A stretch of 64,000 nucleotides of DNA from the IMG/VR virus record IMGVR_UViG_3300035501_000484, positions 64,001 through 128,000 of that record; one strand, 5' to 3'. Each line of letters starts with the position of its first letter. The first letter of the stretch is position 1. The notes beneath the pieces were generated by a model. The model saw nothing but the letters and a program-made list of their open reading frames with translations. It did not search any database and was not told the origin of the DNA. Positions 24,801 to 35,949 of this stretch are shown here, piece after piece. Both the position numbers and the translations under genes were made by a program. Source of the stretch: a virus.

Positions 24801-26426
24801 GTGTCTATCTTGATTAATAGAAGAGAAGAAATAAAGAGAAAAGGCTTCGATATGAGGTCTGCACAAGACACCCCAGATGTATATATTCCTAGAAGCGTTC
24901 CTAGTGACTATTCTAAAATAAAAGTAGGTATTAAATCTCTCGAAGATGCAGTTTATAAACTAGGTGATTATAAAAAAATTAGTCCAAGATTAGCAGATAA
25001 ACAAACTGTTTTAAGAGCTATTCATACTGGAGATTTAATTACAATGAAAGAAATTTCTAATTTCTTTTATAAGACTAGCGGTATTTATCGTAGATTATGT
25101 CAATATATGGCATATTTATATAGATATGATTGGATGGTAACTCCTTATGTTTATGGAGATAAAGTAAATCAAACTAAAATTGTTGATGGCTTTAATAAGA
25201 GCTTAACTTATCTTGATAACTTTGAAGTAAAGCGTTTTTGCGGAGACACCGCATTAAAAGTTTTACGAAATGGATGTTACTATGGATATTTAATACCTCA
25301 AAATGATAAAATGGTAATTCAAGAACTTCCTGTGGAATATTGTCGTTCTAGATTTTCTGTTAATCAACGCCCAGCAGTAGAATTTAATATGAGGTTTTTT
25401 GATGATATATTTAGAGATGAAATTCAAAAAACTAAAATGTTAAATTTATTTCCTGCGGAGTTTAGAAAAGGATATGATGCTTTCCGCAACGGACGTTTAG
25501 TACCAGACTATCCAGGAGATACATCAGGTTGGTATCTATTAGATACTAAAAGTGTTATAAAATTTAATATTAATGGAGAAGATTATCCAGCTTTTATTTC
25601 TGTCATTCCCGCCATTATAGACCTGGACGCCGCGCAAGAGTTAGATAGAAGAAAAATGCAACAGAAATTATTAAAGATTATTATTCAGAAAATGCCGTTA
25701 GATAAAAATGGTGATTTAATCTTTGATGTAGATGAAGCAAAAGAGTTACATAATAATGCGGTTAATATGCTTGGAAAAGCAATAGGCATTGATGTCTTAA
25801 CTACTTTTGCAGATGTTGATGTTGCGGATATGGCGGATAAGAATACCACAACAACAGTTGATGAATTAAGTAAGGTAGAACGTACTGTTTATAATGAATC
25901 TGGTACAGCGCAGAACTTATTTAATACAGATGGTAATATTGCTCTTGAAAAATCAATTTTAAATGATGAGGCTTCAATGAATAATCTAGTATTACAGTTT
26001 GAAGCATTTTTAAATGATTTATTAACTCCATTCAATAAGAGTCCAAAGAAACTTTGTTATAAAGTTCAAATCTTACCTACAACAATTTATAATTATAAAG
26101 ATTTAGCTAAATTGTATAAGGAACAGACTCAATTAGGGTATTCAAAGATGTTGCCTCAAATTGCTCTTGGTCAGTCTCAAAGTTCAATTTTAGCAAATGC
26201 TTATTTTGAGAATGATATACTTGATTTGGTTAATGTATTTATTCCACCAATGTCATCTAATACTATGAGCGCGGATATGTTAAGTAAAAAGAGCAATAAT
26301 AATAGTAACACTTCAAAACAATCTAATACAGATGGAACAAAAAGTAATGGAGAAGTGGGCAGAAATGAAAAAGAAGATTCAGAGAAATCTGAAAAAACTT
26401 TGAAAAATATAGAAAGTGCAAGTTAG
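24801..26426 (+). CDS. portal protein (putative)
   Basis: 541 aa. Positioned right after the terminase/intron. C-terminal N/S-rich tail. Own TTGACA-17-TATACT promoter at 24754-24782. Confidence 0.45.
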   Translation: MSILINRREEIKRKGFDMRSAQDTPDVYIPRSVPSDYSKIKVGIKSLEDAVYKLGDYKKISPRLADKQTVLRAIHTGDLITMKEISNFFYKTSGIYRRLCQYMAYLYRYDWMVTPYVYGDKVNQTKIVDGFNKSLTYLDNFEVKRFCGDTALKVLRNGCYYGYLIPQNDKMVIQELPVEYCRSRFSVNQRPAVEFNMRFFDDIFRDEIQKTKMLNLFPAEFRKGYDAFRNGRLVPDYPGDTSGWYLLDTKSVIKFNINGEDYPAFISVIPAIIDLDAAQELDRRKMQQKLLKIIIQKMPLDKNGDLIFDVDEAKELHNNAVNMLGKAIGIDVLTTFADVDVADMADKNTTTTVDELSKVERTVYNESGTAQNLFNTDGNIALEKSILNDEASMNNLVLQFEAFLNDLLTPFNKSPKKLCYKVQILPTTIYNYKDLAKLYKEQTQLGYSKMLPQIALGQSQSSILANAYFENDILDLVNVFIPPMSSNTMSADMLSKKSNNNSNTSKQSNTDGTKSNGEVGRNEKEDSEKSEKTLKNIESAS

Positions 26427-26439
26427 AGGAGAAATATAA

Positions 26440-27801
26440 ATGCATCAGTCTATTGCTACTATAGATAAGCCTGAATTTATAAATCTCAAACCCATGGATA
26501 TTAATCCTTTACTTAGTACTTGCGAAATTAAAGTTCTCTATTTAGGTGAAAACCGCAACCATAGTTATATAGATAAAAATGTTGCGACAGAGATGGCTAA
26601 GACTCTTAGAGGAGCGCCTATTGTAGGATATTATAAAGAGTCTAAAGAAGATTTCGCAGACCACGGTGAGAGAATTATATTTGATGATGAAGGCATTAAA
26701 TTTGAATGTATGACAGTTCCTTATGGTTTTGTCTCTCCTGACGCTAAAGTTTGGTTTCAAACATTTGAAGATGAAGATGGCTTAGGAAATACTATTAAAA
26801 GAGAGTATTTAATGACAACAGGCTATCTATGGACAGGTCAATTTGAAGAGTGCCAATCTATTGTTGAGGGCGATGGTAAGCCACATTCAATGGAATTAGA
26901 TGAAAATACAGTTAAAGGTGAATGGACAAAAAATTATAAAACAGGCATGGATTTTTTCATTATAAATGACGCAATTTTTTCAAAGTTGTGTGTTTTAGGT
27001 GAAGATGTTGAGCCTTGTTTTGAAGGTTCTTCCATTACCGCGTCAAAAGTAAGTGCTAACTTTACTAAGGTTGATGATGATTTTAAAAGAACTTTATATA
27101 CTATGATGCAAGAGTTACGTTTTGCATTAGAAGGAGGACAAACTATGGAGAATAATACTTCTGGAATTCAAGATTCTTCAGCGGTTAAGGACAATTTTAA
27201 TTTAGACAATACTGCTGAAAATCAAATTAATACAGAAGGGGCAACTTCTACTGAAGGAACAAATTCTGCTGCAACTGAATTTGTTAATAAAGAAGAAGAA
27301 GATGATAAGAATAAAAATGATGATAGTCAGAATAAAGATAACTCTGATGCGTCTAATTCTGAGGATAAGACAACTAAGGAAGATGACAAGAAGAGTGATG
27401 AAGATGAAACTAAAAAGAAATATTCGTTGCTTGAAAGTCAGTATGCAGAGTTAAATGCTAAGTTCGCGGCTATCCAAGAAGATTATCAAGCTCTTAAGAA
27501 ATTTAAAGCTAACATTGAAAATAAAGAAAAAGACGAATTAATTAATCGCTTTTATATGTTAGATGATGAAGATAAGAAAGATATTATAGCTAATAAATCT
27601 AAGTTTAGTTTAGATGATATTGAAGCTAAACTTTCAGTTATTTATGCAAAGAAAACAATTGCGGCTGGACAACCACAGACTAAGACAGAAGGAACTTCTG
27701 ATAAGTCAGTTGTAACTACTTTCAATTTAAATGATAATATGAATAGTGGAATCCCAGATTGGGTTAAAGCCGTAGAAGAAACAGAAAATTCTAAAAATTA
27801 A
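26440..27801 (+). CDS. scaffolding-like / head maturation protein
   Basis: 453 aa. Acidic low-complexity middle section (EEEDDKNKNDDSQNKDNSDASNSEDK…) and a C-terminal coiled coil (LESQYAELNAKFAAIQEDYQALKKF). Lies between portal and capsid. Confidence 0.35.
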   Translation: MHQSIATIDKPEFINLKPMDINPLLSTCEIKVLYLGENRNHSYIDKNVATEMAKTLRGAPIVGYYKESKEDFADHGERIIFDDEGIKFECMTVPYGFVSPDAKVWFQTFEDEDGLGNTIKREYLMTTGYLWTGQFEECQSIVEGDGKPHSMELDENTVKGEWTKNYKTGMDFFIINDAIFSKLCVLGEDVEPCFEGSSITASKVSANFTKVDDDFKRTLYTMMQELRFALEGGQTMENNTSGIQDSSAVKDNFNLDNTAENQINTEGATSTEGTNSAATEFVNKEEEDDKNKNDDSQNKDNSDASNSEDKTTKEDDKKSDEDETKKKYSLLESQYAELNAKFAAIQEDYQALKKFKANIENKEKDELINRFYMLDDEDKKDIIANKSKFSLDDIEAKLSVIYAKKTIAAGQPQTKTEGTSDKSVVTTFNLNDNMNSGIPDWVKAVEETENSKN

Positions 27802-27828
27802 CATTTTATATAGGAGGAGAATTGAAAT

Positions 27829-28413
27829 ATGGCTGAAACTACACAGATTGGTAGAAGAGGCTTTGGTCAAGTAGAGCCTAACCATCTTTCAGGTATTATC
27901 ACTGGTCAAATTTTAGCTATGCTTCCTGTTGATACTAAAGCAATGGGAACTATAATTGAAAATGGTAGATTTGCTAAATATGATTATGCTACTGGTAAAG
28001 TAAATCTTACTGGACCTGGTGAATGGATGCTTATCTATAATGAAATAAAATTATATGATGAAAGAAAGCAAAGCAATAAAGATTTTGCTATGATTGCTGA
28101 TAATTATACAGATGGAGAAATTGTTCCTAGATTAATTTCTACTGTATTAGGAGATGTTTATACAACAAATACTTTTGGAAAATCAGAAGGAAAAAATAGT
28201 CCTATCACATTAGGAGCTGATTTAACAGAGAATTTCGATGTTGATGGTATTTCATTGGATGTTGGGAATAAACTTTGTGTTGATAAGACAACTGGATATT
28301 TAATTTTAGAGGATGGCGAGAATGCTGATAAAACAGGTCCAGTATTCCAAGTTGTTAAAGTTTATACAATGGCTGATGGGCAACCAGGCGTTAAGATTAT
28401 GAGAATTGCGTAA
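27829..28413 (+). CDS. head-associated structural protein (hypothetical)
   Basis: 194 aa with AGGAG RBS. Immediately upstream of the capsid gene. Confidence 0.45.
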   Translation: MAETTQIGRRGFGQVEPNHLSGIITGQILAMLPVDTKAMGTIIENGRFAKYDYATGKVNLTGPGEWMLIYNEIKLYDERKQSNKDFAMIADNYTDGEIVPRLISTVLGDVYTTNTFGKSEGKNSPITLGADLTENFDVDGISLDVGNKLCVDKTTGYLILEDGENADKTGPVFQVVKVYTMADGQPGVKIMRIA

Positions 28414-28430
28414 TAGGAGGAAAATAGATA

Positions 28431-29495
28431 ATGGCATTAAGTAAAGAAAATTTAATTGAATTAGCTAGAGCTAATGCTAGAGCTTCATTGAATCCTTCCG
28501 CAACATATTCTTTTGGCGATAAGGTTTTGTCTGGTGAGGCTCTTAATAATACTTTTATTAAAGAATTAAATGAGTTAGGAAATACTCCTCAAAATTTCCG
28601 AGAAAATCAGAATTTGATTTATACATTACTTGAAGTTGGTTTAACTGAGGTGCTCCCAGTTAAGGTTCTTCAAAATTATGGACAGTTTGCAGATGTTAAG
28701 ACATACGCACAGGGTACAAAACCTGTATTTAAAGTTAATATTAGTGAAGCATCTAGAAAACGTGCTAAGCAGTTTGTAACAAAAGTAGGTTTAGCTGGTA
28801 GATATGAAACCTTCAAGCTTGATGGTTATACATTAGAAGTACCAACTAGCGCATACGGTGGAGCTGCTAGAGTTGAGTGGGAAGAAATGCTCGATAAGAG
28901 ATTTACACTTAACGATTATTATAGTTTAGTTCTTGAGGGACTTGATGAAACTATTTATAGAGAAATTGCAAAGTCTCTTGAAGCTACTATAGAGAATATT
29001 AAGGCAATAAATAAGACAGTTCAATCTACTTTCTATGAGAAAGAAATGGATAGATTACTTGCTACAGCAGATGCTTATGGTAAATCTACTATTTATTGTA
29101 CTTTTGAATTTGCCTCTACTATGATTCCTCAAGAAGCATGGGCCTCAGATGCGATGAAAGACCAAATTTGGAATAATGGTTATTTTACATCTTATAAAGG
29201 GCATAATGTAATTATTCTTCCTCAATCTTTTGAAGATGAGACAAATGCTCAGAAAGTAATTGACCCTTCAATTTGCTATATTATTCCTACTGGAGCTGAG
29301 AAGCCTGTAAAAGTTGCCTTTGAAGGCTCTGCTCAAGTTAAGTCTTTTGAAAACCGCGATTGGTCTACAGAACTTCAGACATACCAAAAAGTTGGTGTTG
29401 CTACATATTTAGTAAATCCAGGCATTTGTGTATATAAGAATACTAGTCTAAGTAAAAGTAATAAAGGACTAGAAGATAATTATCAAGGGGTCTAG
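28431..29495 (+). CDS. major capsid protein (putative)
   Basis: 354 aa (HK97-fold size range). Downstream of portal and scaffold. Followed by a strong terminator hairpin at 29508-29553. Confidence 0.5.
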   Translation: MALSKENLIELARANARASLNPSATYSFGDKVLSGEALNNTFIKELNELGNTPQNFRENQNLIYTLLEVGLTEVLPVKVLQNYGQFADVKTYAQGTKPVFKVNISEASRKRAKQFVTKVGLAGRYETFKLDGYTLEVPTSAYGGAARVEWEEMLDKRFTLNDYYSLVLEGLDETIYREIAKSLEATIENIKAINKTVQSTFYEKEMDRLLATADAYGKSTIYCTFEFASTMIPQEAWASDAMKDQIWNNGYFTSYKGHNVIILPQSFEDETNAQKVIDPSICYIIPTGAEKPVKVAFEGSAQVKSFENRDWSTELQTYQKVGVATYLVNPGICVYKNTSLSKSNKGLEDNYQGV

Positions 29496-29507
29496 AAAAT
29501 AATTTTA

Positions 29508-29553
29508 TTGGGAGAATAGAATAATGAAAATTATAGTATTCTCCCAATTTTTT
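29508..29553 (+). terminator. terminator after major capsid gene
   Basis: TTGGGAGAATA…TATTCTCCCAA 11-bp stem followed by TTTTTT. Confidence 0.6.
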
Positions 29554-29584
29554 CATAATAGAGATAAAAGGAGAAAAAATAAAT

Positions 29585-30166
29585 ATGGATAAAAATACTT
29601 TAATTAAAATTGCAAATAGGAACTCTGGACGAGTAGGCTATCAAATTCCAGAAATGGGAGTTAATCGTCAATTTGCTGCAAGAGAAACAAAAGAAATTAC
29701 TTTTGAAGAATTAGAAAAATTATCTTTTACTCCTGGCGGAATGACATTACTAGAAGATTATTTAGTTGTAAGAAATGAAGAAGCTCTTGAAGCTATTGGT
29801 ATAAAAGTTGAACCTGAATATTTTTATTCAACAGATGATATTAAGCGTATTTTAAATACAGGTAGTTTAAATGAATTTCTTGATTTATTAGATTTCGCTC
29901 CAGATGGAGTATTGGATGAAGTTAAGGATTTAGCGGTTTCTCTGCCTTTGAATGATATGTCTAAGAGAAACGCAATTTTAGAAAAATTAAAATTTGATGT
30001 AACAAAAGCAATTGAAGTTAGAAATACTAAATTTGATGGCGGAGATGAGGATACATCGAGCGCAACTCAGGCTCCAAAGCGTAGAGTAGTTACAACCGCC
30101 GCATCTACAGTGACAACCGCGCGCCGTACTGAAGCTCCAAAATACACTGTAGTAAATAAAGAATAA
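29585..30166 (+). CDS. head-tail connector/neck protein (hypothetical)
   Basis: 193 aa in the post-capsid position. Basic C-terminus. Confidence 0.4.
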   Translation: MDKNTLIKIANRNSGRVGYQIPEMGVNRQFAARETKEITFEELEKLSFTPGGMTLLEDYLVVRNEEALEAIGIKVEPEYFYSTDDIKRILNTGSLNEFLDLLDFAPDGVLDEVKDLAVSLPLNDMSKRNAILEKLKFDVTKAIEVRNTKFDGGDEDTSSATQAPKRRVVTTAASTVTTARRTEAPKYTVVNKE

Positions 30167-30187
30167 TTGTAGAATGGAGGATGTATT

Positions 30188-30760
30188 ATGGCTGAAGAAG
30201 CGCGTCAAACTACATCCTTCTCTTTAATATATGATAGTTTTTTAAATAAAATCACTGATGATATGTATCTTGAACTTACAGAATTAGATACATTTAGATT
30301 ATTAGAAGAGTTATTAATTGAGGCAATACCTTGGTTTGAATTTCCTAGACATAATCTTAATGATTATGAATTAGGCTGGACTGAAGAAGAAACTTATCAA
30401 GGTGTAGAGAGCGATGGAGTTGAAGTCCCGCTTACTATTTATGGGGCAGGTAATTTCAATTGTCTTTTGACTCAAGAAGAAATAAGTATATTATCTTCTT
30501 ATATGATAGTTGTTTGGTTAAGTCAGCAATTGGCAAGTGTAGAGAATACCCGCATGAAATATAGCGGTTCAGATTTTAAATTTACAAGTCAAGCAAATCA
30601 TATGCAGAAACTTCTTGCGTTAAAGAAGGATTATGAAAGAGAAGGATTCCATTTACAAAGATTATACAAACGAAGAAAAATAAGTGATGATGGTACTATT
30701 CAATCTACTTTTAGTACTATAATGACTTCTTCTTTTGTAAATAATACAAGGAGAAGTTAA
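30188..30760 (+). CDS. neck/head-completion protein (hypothetical)
   Basis: 190-aa ORF in the structural block. Confidence 0.4.
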   Translation: MAEEARQTTSFSLIYDSFLNKITDDMYLELTELDTFRLLEELLIEAIPWFEFPRHNLNDYELGWTEEETYQGVESDGVEVPLTIYGAGNFNCLLTQEEISILSSYMIVVWLSQQLASVENTRMKYSGSDFKFTSQANHMQKLLALKKDYEREGFHLQRLYKRRKISDDGTIQSTFSTIMTSSFVNNTRRS

Positions 30761-30761
30761 T

Positions 30762-31091
30762 ATGAAATTAAAACATAATATTATAATAAATGACAGCTCA
30801 ATAGATAAAAGTTTAAAAAGATTAACTAACTTAATTTATAAATTATTACCTGAGAGGGAAGAAAATTTAGATTGGGAAAGTCCTTTACAAACTATTATAG
30901 TTGAGCTTACAGGGATGAATAGATTGTTAATCGACCAGCAAGATATTTTATTTCCTTTATTATGTAAATTAGAGGGACTATTTACTTTAACTGAACAAGA
31001 AGATTTTCAATTATTTAGAAGAACAATCTTTGAATGTTTAAGTTTAATAAGTAATTTAAGAGAACAGATATGTCAGGGCTTGAAGGATTAA
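30762..31091 (+). CDS. hypothetical structural protein
   Basis: 109 aa. Overlaps the next gene by 22 nt, typical of morphogenesis operons. Confidence 0.4.
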   Translation: MKLKHNIIINDSSIDKSLKRLTNLIYKLLPEREENLDWESPLQTIIVELTGMNRLLIDQQDILFPLLCKLEGLFTLTEQEDFQLFRRTIFECLSLISNLREQICQGLKD

Positions 31092-32107
31092 GAACAAGAT
31101 TAGATTACAGAGGCGGAAGTAGCGCGGAGCGTCGATTCCAAAATGATAAAGAAAGGAGTCTTAAAAGGTCACTTTTATATTCCTATCAGGCGGAAACCGC
31201 GATTTTAGCTGATGGTAGAGAATTTCGTTGTTTAATTAATACAGAAAAAACAAAAGCTGATTATGATTGTAAAATAATTTCTATTCCATATAAAGATGTT
31301 TGTCTTGGAAGAATAGATGAAGATGGGAATGAAATTGTTCAAAAGCCAAATGGAAAAACTCAGCTTGAAGAAATAGGTATGAAATGTGGAGATGTTTTTA
31401 AATGGAAACAAACTGATACCTATTGGCTTGTTTTTTTAGAGAAGATTGAAGAAGATGCTTATTTTAGAGCGGAAATATACAAATGTGAAGAAGAAGTTAC
31501 AATTAATGATAAAAAGTATCATATTTATGTTAGAGGTCCAGTAGAGACTGAAATAGATTGGAATTTAAAACAAAATACTAATTGGAGTCTTTTAAATTAT
31601 TCTTTAGTTATTTATATTACCAAAGATGATAATACTCTTGATTATTTTCATAGATTTCAAAATCTTAAAATAGGAAACAAGAATTGGGAAGTTAAAGTTG
31701 CTAATCCTTATTATGGAAATAATATTATTGAAGTTTGTTTAGGTGAATATTTTACCAATGAACTTAATGACCACTATGAAGAACAAGAGAAGATAAAATT
31801 AGAGAACGCGGAAACCTTGCCTGAAGAAGAAAAGTATATAGATGGTCCTACTATTGTATCTCCTTATGAGAGATATACATATACATTACAAGGAACTATC
31901 GGACGAGAATGGATGGTTAAAGATATTAAGAAAAATGAAAAAGATGAATATCTTAATACTTCTAAAGCCATTATAATGGAGACTAGTGAAGATTATAGCT
32001 CTGTTGTAATTGGAATTGATACAGGTAAGAGTGGTAAATTTGTTTTAATATGTAAAGATGCTTATGGTATTAATATTGAACTTATTATTGAGATAAAATC
32101 AATTTAA
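31070..32107 (+). CDS. hypothetical structural protein
   Basis: 345-aa ORF. Confidence 0.45.
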   Translation: MSGLEGLRTRLDYRGGSSAERRFQNDKERSLKRSLLYSYQAETAILADGREFRCLINTEKTKADYDCKIISIPYKDVCLGRIDEDGNEIVQKPNGKTQLEEIGMKCGDVFKWKQTDTYWLVFLEKIEEDAYFRAEIYKCEEEVTINDKKYHIYVRGPVETEIDWNLKQNTNWSLLNYSLVIYITKDDNTLDYFHRFQNLKIGNKNWEVKVANPYYGNNIIEVCLGEYFTNELNDHYEEQEKIKLENAETLPEEEKYIDGPTIVSPYERYTYTLQGTIGREWMVKDIKKNEKDEYLNTSKAIIMETSEDYSSVVIGIDTGKSGKFVLICKDAYGINIELIIEIKSI

Positions 32108-32129
32108 TTTGAGATAAAAGGAGAATAAG

Positions 32130-32711
32130 ATGAAAAGAGATTTAGCAAGAGTATCAAAAATAAAATCATCTTTTTTATCTTGTGAAAAGGATTTTGAAGC
32201 TATTATAAGGAAACTTTTTATAGAAAGTCATCCTTATAGTGATGAATTAAAAAGATTGCTTATTATAAATACAAAAGATTGTTTAGATAATACAACTGAT
32301 GAAACTTATAATAAGGCAATTAATATGTCTTTAACAGAATTAAGAAAAAAAGGTTATATAAAACTTGAACCAAAAATTAGGATGCCAGAGCATGCAGATG
32401 TAATGTCATATATAATTATTGGTTTTGATAATTTTACTCCATCTTCAAATACAGAGGCAAGAGATTGTACAGTAACATTTGACATTTTATGTCATACTGA
32501 TTATTGGGATATAGGTGATTATAGATTAAGACCTATAAGAATTGCGGGAATTATAGATGGATTACTTAATGGAACTAAATTATCTGGGATTGGAACATTG
32601 CAATTCGCGGGATGTAATGAATTAATTTTAGATGAAAATCTATCTGGTTATAGCTTATCATACAGAGCAGTTCATATGTCTGATGATAAGATTCCGCCTA
32701 AAGAGGATTAA
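32130..32711 (+). CDS. hypothetical structural protein
   Basis: 193-aa ORF. Its stop overlaps the next start (ATGCTTG). Confidence 0.45.
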   Translation: MKRDLARVSKIKSSFLSCEKDFEAIIRKLFIESHPYSDELKRLLIINTKDCLDNTTDETYNKAINMSLTELRKKGYIKLEPKIRMPEHADVMSYIIIGFDNFTPSSNTEARDCTVTFDILCHTDYWDIGDYRLRPIRIAGIIDGLLNGTKLSGIGTLQFAGCNELILDENLSGYSLSYRAVHMSDDKIPPKED

Positions 32712-33457
32712 TGCTTGATTATTTAACTTTATCAAGTGGGATAGATGTTCCTTTTCCGAAGGCTCAAGTTTCTATCCACCAGCCGCGAATAAAAGAAATA
32801 GCTTTTATAGGTGAAGATGCTTTCTTTCTTGGTTGTGAAATATTAAATTTTTCAAAAGATTTATTAGGTGAAGAGGACAAAGTTAATTTAGAGAATAAAA
32901 CAAATTTTGATGTATTAATGTCAATAATGAAAGATAAAAGAAACTCTGCTATGCAACAACATAGAATTAGTGCGATGATGGTGCTATCTTTAATGTTTCC
33001 AAATTATAGAATTGCTCTTGATAAAGAGTCTATAAATTTAATAGAAGAGGAAGATTTAACTAAAATTCATAAAATTAACAGTAATAATTTTGAAGAATTT
33101 AAAGACATTATTGTAGAGATATTTTGTTTAAGACAAAATGAAGACCAAGGTCTAGCTTATAATCCAAGTGGACCTAAAGCAGCGGAACTTGCTGCTAAGT
33201 TTAAAAAGGCGCGTGCGAAGGTTGCCGCAACAAAGAAAACAACTAAAATTTCTATTTTAAATAGATATATGTCAATTCTTACTGTTGGACTTCAATTACC
33301 TTATGAAGTTTTAAATGAATATACTGTATATCAATTGTTTGAAGAATTTAATAGATTTGAATTAAAGCAATCATTTGATTTGTATATTGATACTAAACTT
33401 GCAGGCGCAAAAGATGTAAAAGAAGTAGATAATTGGATGAAGGACCTTCATTCATAA
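32711..33457 (+). CDS. hypothetical structural protein (tail completion/terminator position)
   Basis: 248-aa ORF. Confidence 0.4.
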   Translation: MLDYLTLSSGIDVPFPKAQVSIHQPRIKEIAFIGEDAFFLGCEILNFSKDLLGEEDKVNLENKTNFDVLMSIMKDKRNSAMQQHRISAMMVLSLMFPNYRIALDKESINLIEEEDLTKIHKINSNNFEEFKDIIVEIFCLRQNEDQGLAYNPSGPKAAELAAKFKKARAKVAATKKTTKISILNRYMSILTVGLQLPYEVLNEYTVYQLFEEFNRFELKQSFDLYIDTKLAGAKDVKEVDNWMKDLHS

Positions 33458-33495
33458 ATCTTATATTTTGAAATTAAACAAGGAGGAAAACATAT

Positions 33496-34449
33496 ATGAA
33501 ATTTGGTGTACGTGAGTGCGCGAATATCGTATTTAAGGCTAAGTCTGATGTAAATATTGGTACTAAAACTTTTAAAAAGGGTCAGCCTGTTCTCTATATT
33601 GATACTGCAAAAACTTCCACAATGGAAGGAGCTGCTACTACAGTATATGCTAGTGGTGGACGTGGAAATACTAGATTAATAGGTTGGGAAGGTGAGAAGA
33701 CTCTTACATTCACAGTTGAGGATGCTCTTTTATCTCCAATGGGATTTGCTATTTTATCAGGTGCGGGTTTATTTGGAACTGGTAAACATAGTGAGACAGA
33801 CAAGATTCATTTCCATACAACTACTTATACAACAGTAAGTGAAGTAACTGGAGATGGCGATACTAAGAGTTTAGTTGTAGATTTAACAGATGCTATTGCA
33901 GTAGGAGAAGCAGTTTGTGATACAACAGGACTTACTTTTGTAGCTTTAACAGAAGAAGATGGTTCTATTAAGACTGTTATAGATACAAGTGCTATTGCTG
34001 TAAAAGATAACAAAATTACAATTACAGATACTACAGTTAAAGCTGGAGATTCTGTATTTGTTGATTATTATATTCTTAAAGATGAAGCTGATGTTGAAGA
34101 GTTACAGATTGATGCTGAACATTTTGCTGGTTACTACTATGTAGAGGCAGATACATTATTTAGACGTCAGAGTGATGGTGTAGATTTACCTGCTAATTTA
34201 ACATTCCCTAATGTTAAGATTCAGTCTAACTTTACATTTACAATGGCTTCAACTGGAGACCCAAGTACATTTACATTTACTATGGATGCTTACCCAGGCT
34301 ATACATTATTTGATAAGACAAAGAAAGTTCTTTGTGTAATGCAGATTGCAAATGATGAAATTGGAGCTAGTGAAGCAACAGGTCATACTATCATGGATAC
34401 ACATGACCATTCTTCAACAACTGTTAAAGCTGAAAGTGAATCAGACTAA
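33496..34449 (+). CDS. major tail protein (putative)
   Basis: 317 aa, T/S/G-rich beta-type composition. Followed by a strong terminator at 34459-34488, typical of an abundant structural gene. Lies upstream of the chaperone and tape-measure genes. Confidence 0.4.
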   Translation: MKFGVRECANIVFKAKSDVNIGTKTFKKGQPVLYIDTAKTSTMEGAATTVYASGGRGNTRLIGWEGEKTLTFTVEDALLSPMGFAILSGAGLFGTGKHSETDKIHFHTTTYTTVSEVTGDGDTKSLVVDLTDAIAVGEAVCDTTGLTFVALTEEDGSIKTVIDTSAIAVKDNKITITDTTVKAGDSVFVDYYILKDEADVEELQIDAEHFAGYYYVEADTLFRRQSDGVDLPANLTFPNVKIQSNFTFTMASTGDPSTFTFTMDAYPGYTLFDKTKKVLCVMQIANDEIGASEATGHTIMDTHDHSSTTVKAESESD

Positions 34450-34458
34450 TAAAATATA

Positions 34459-34488
34459 AAGAGGGCGGAAACGCCCTCTTATTTTTGT
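34459..34488 (+). terminator. terminator after major tail gene
   Basis: AAGAGGGCG-gaaa-CGCCCTCTT followed by ATTTTTGTTT. Confidence 0.7.
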
Positions 34489-34495
34489 TTATGAG

Positions 34496-35887
34496 GTGAT
34501 AATTATGAGTGCGATAGGTAATTATATTCATTTAAATTTTAAAAATTATCAACAATATGGAACAGCTCAGTATGGAGAAAGCCCTCAATATTTTATAAAT
34601 AGTTATAATGCTCAAAAAGCTAAAAATCAACAGCAAATTCAGGTATTAAAAAATAGAGATATTTCTCAAGCTACCTTAGAAGAATTAAAAAGAAGAGTTG
34701 CAAATGAATCAAATCAAAATGAAGCTAGACAATTAGCTCAATTACAATTAAATTATTCTCAAGCAGAAAATGATTTTTCTACAAATACAAAGGCTAAAAT
34801 TTTATCTGAGGTGGGTAAAAATATAGGTAAAGTAACTTATTTAACAAATAAAAATATTATATCTGATAATAGTTTAGTAAAAATAGAAGAAGCTATTAAA
34901 TATAGAAATAGACTTTATGATAATATTGATAGTTTAAATAAAGATATGGAAAATCCTAATCATAAATTTAAGGATTTAGAAGGAAGAATCCAAACTATTA
35001 TTAATAATTTTGATGGTTTTTTTAATAGTTTAGGAATATCTACTATATATGGAAATCTTTCTTCTTTATTTAAGATTAAAGCGGATTCTAATACTTTAAC
35101 GGCTTTAAAAGCATTTGTTCAAACAATATCGTTAAATGAAGCTAATAAGGCTACATTTAATGGTGTATATGGAGAAACTTTAGTAAATATGGCGGATGAT
35201 GTTGCACAAAATCTTGGTCAAAAAGAATTAATTAATTATACAAAAGAGGCATTAAAAACTGGCGCTATAACTAGCACTTTTCAGATAGATGAAACTATGA
35301 TTTCTAAAGAGGTACAGCAAATTTTTCAACAAGATACAGGAATTAATTTATATCAAATTAGAAGTTCTCAAAATAAAGTTGATGCTTCTATCACAATTAA
35401 AAACCAAAAAGTTGAGGCTTCTGTTAAAGCATATACTCCTAAAGGAAACATTTTAACTCCGCATTTACAAGATGTTAGTTTAATATCATCTTTAGTTACA
35501 ACAGAAAATCAATTTGGGAATCACTGGTTAAATTTACATATGCAAAGTGCAAAAAATATGAGTTCTAATACTAGTGATGCAGATGAAATTTTAAAACAAC
35601 ATATCGCATACGAGGCGCTTGCCGCAGGTAACTTATTAAAAACAGATGCTACAATAGCAGATACTTTTGTGGCTATAGATGTTGTAAAAGGAAGAGTTTA
35701 TGTTCAAAGGATATCAGATATTTTATCTAATGATTTTTCTAGTTTTATTTTTAAACCTGTATTACAAAGTCTTACTTTTGAAAATAATAGAGCAGATACT
35801 TGGGAACAAAGAATTTCAAATATTTTACAACAAATTCATCAAAATAAGATTAGTGTTTCATATAGAGTAAATATGAAGGAAATTTAA
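34496..35887 (+). CDS. hypothetical N/Q-rich protein
   Basis: 463 aa, no recognisable motif. Confidence 0.45.
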   Translation: MIIMSAIGNYIHLNFKNYQQYGTAQYGESPQYFINSYNAQKAKNQQQIQVLKNRDISQATLEELKRRVANESNQNEARQLAQLQLNYSQAENDFSTNTKAKILSEVGKNIGKVTYLTNKNIISDNSLVKIEEAIKYRNRLYDNIDSLNKDMENPNHKFKDLEGRIQTIINNFDGFFNSLGISTIYGNLSSLFKIKADSNTLTALKAFVQTISLNEANKATFNGVYGETLVNMADDVAQNLGQKELINYTKEALKTGAITSTFQIDETMISKEVQQIFQQDTGINLYQIRSSQNKVDASITIKNQKVEASVKAYTPKGNILTPHLQDVSLISSLVTTENQFGNHWLNLHMQSAKNMSSNTSDADEILKQHIAYEALAAGNLLKTDATIADTFVAIDVVKGRVYVQRISDILSNDFSSFIFKPVLQSLTFENNRADTWEQRISNILQQIHQNKISVSYRVNMKEI

Positions 35888-35888
35888 T

Positions 35889-35917
35889 TTGACAAAAGAA
35901 AAAATTTGTAATATAAT
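35889..35917 (+). promoter_or_regulatory. sigma-A-type promoter upstream of chaperone/tape-measure genes
   Basis: TTGACA at 35889-35894, 17-nt spacer (aaagaaaaaatttgtaa), TATAAT at 35912-35917. Confidence 0.55.
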
Positions 35918-35949
35918 TATTATATAAAGAGATAAAAGGAGTAAGGAAA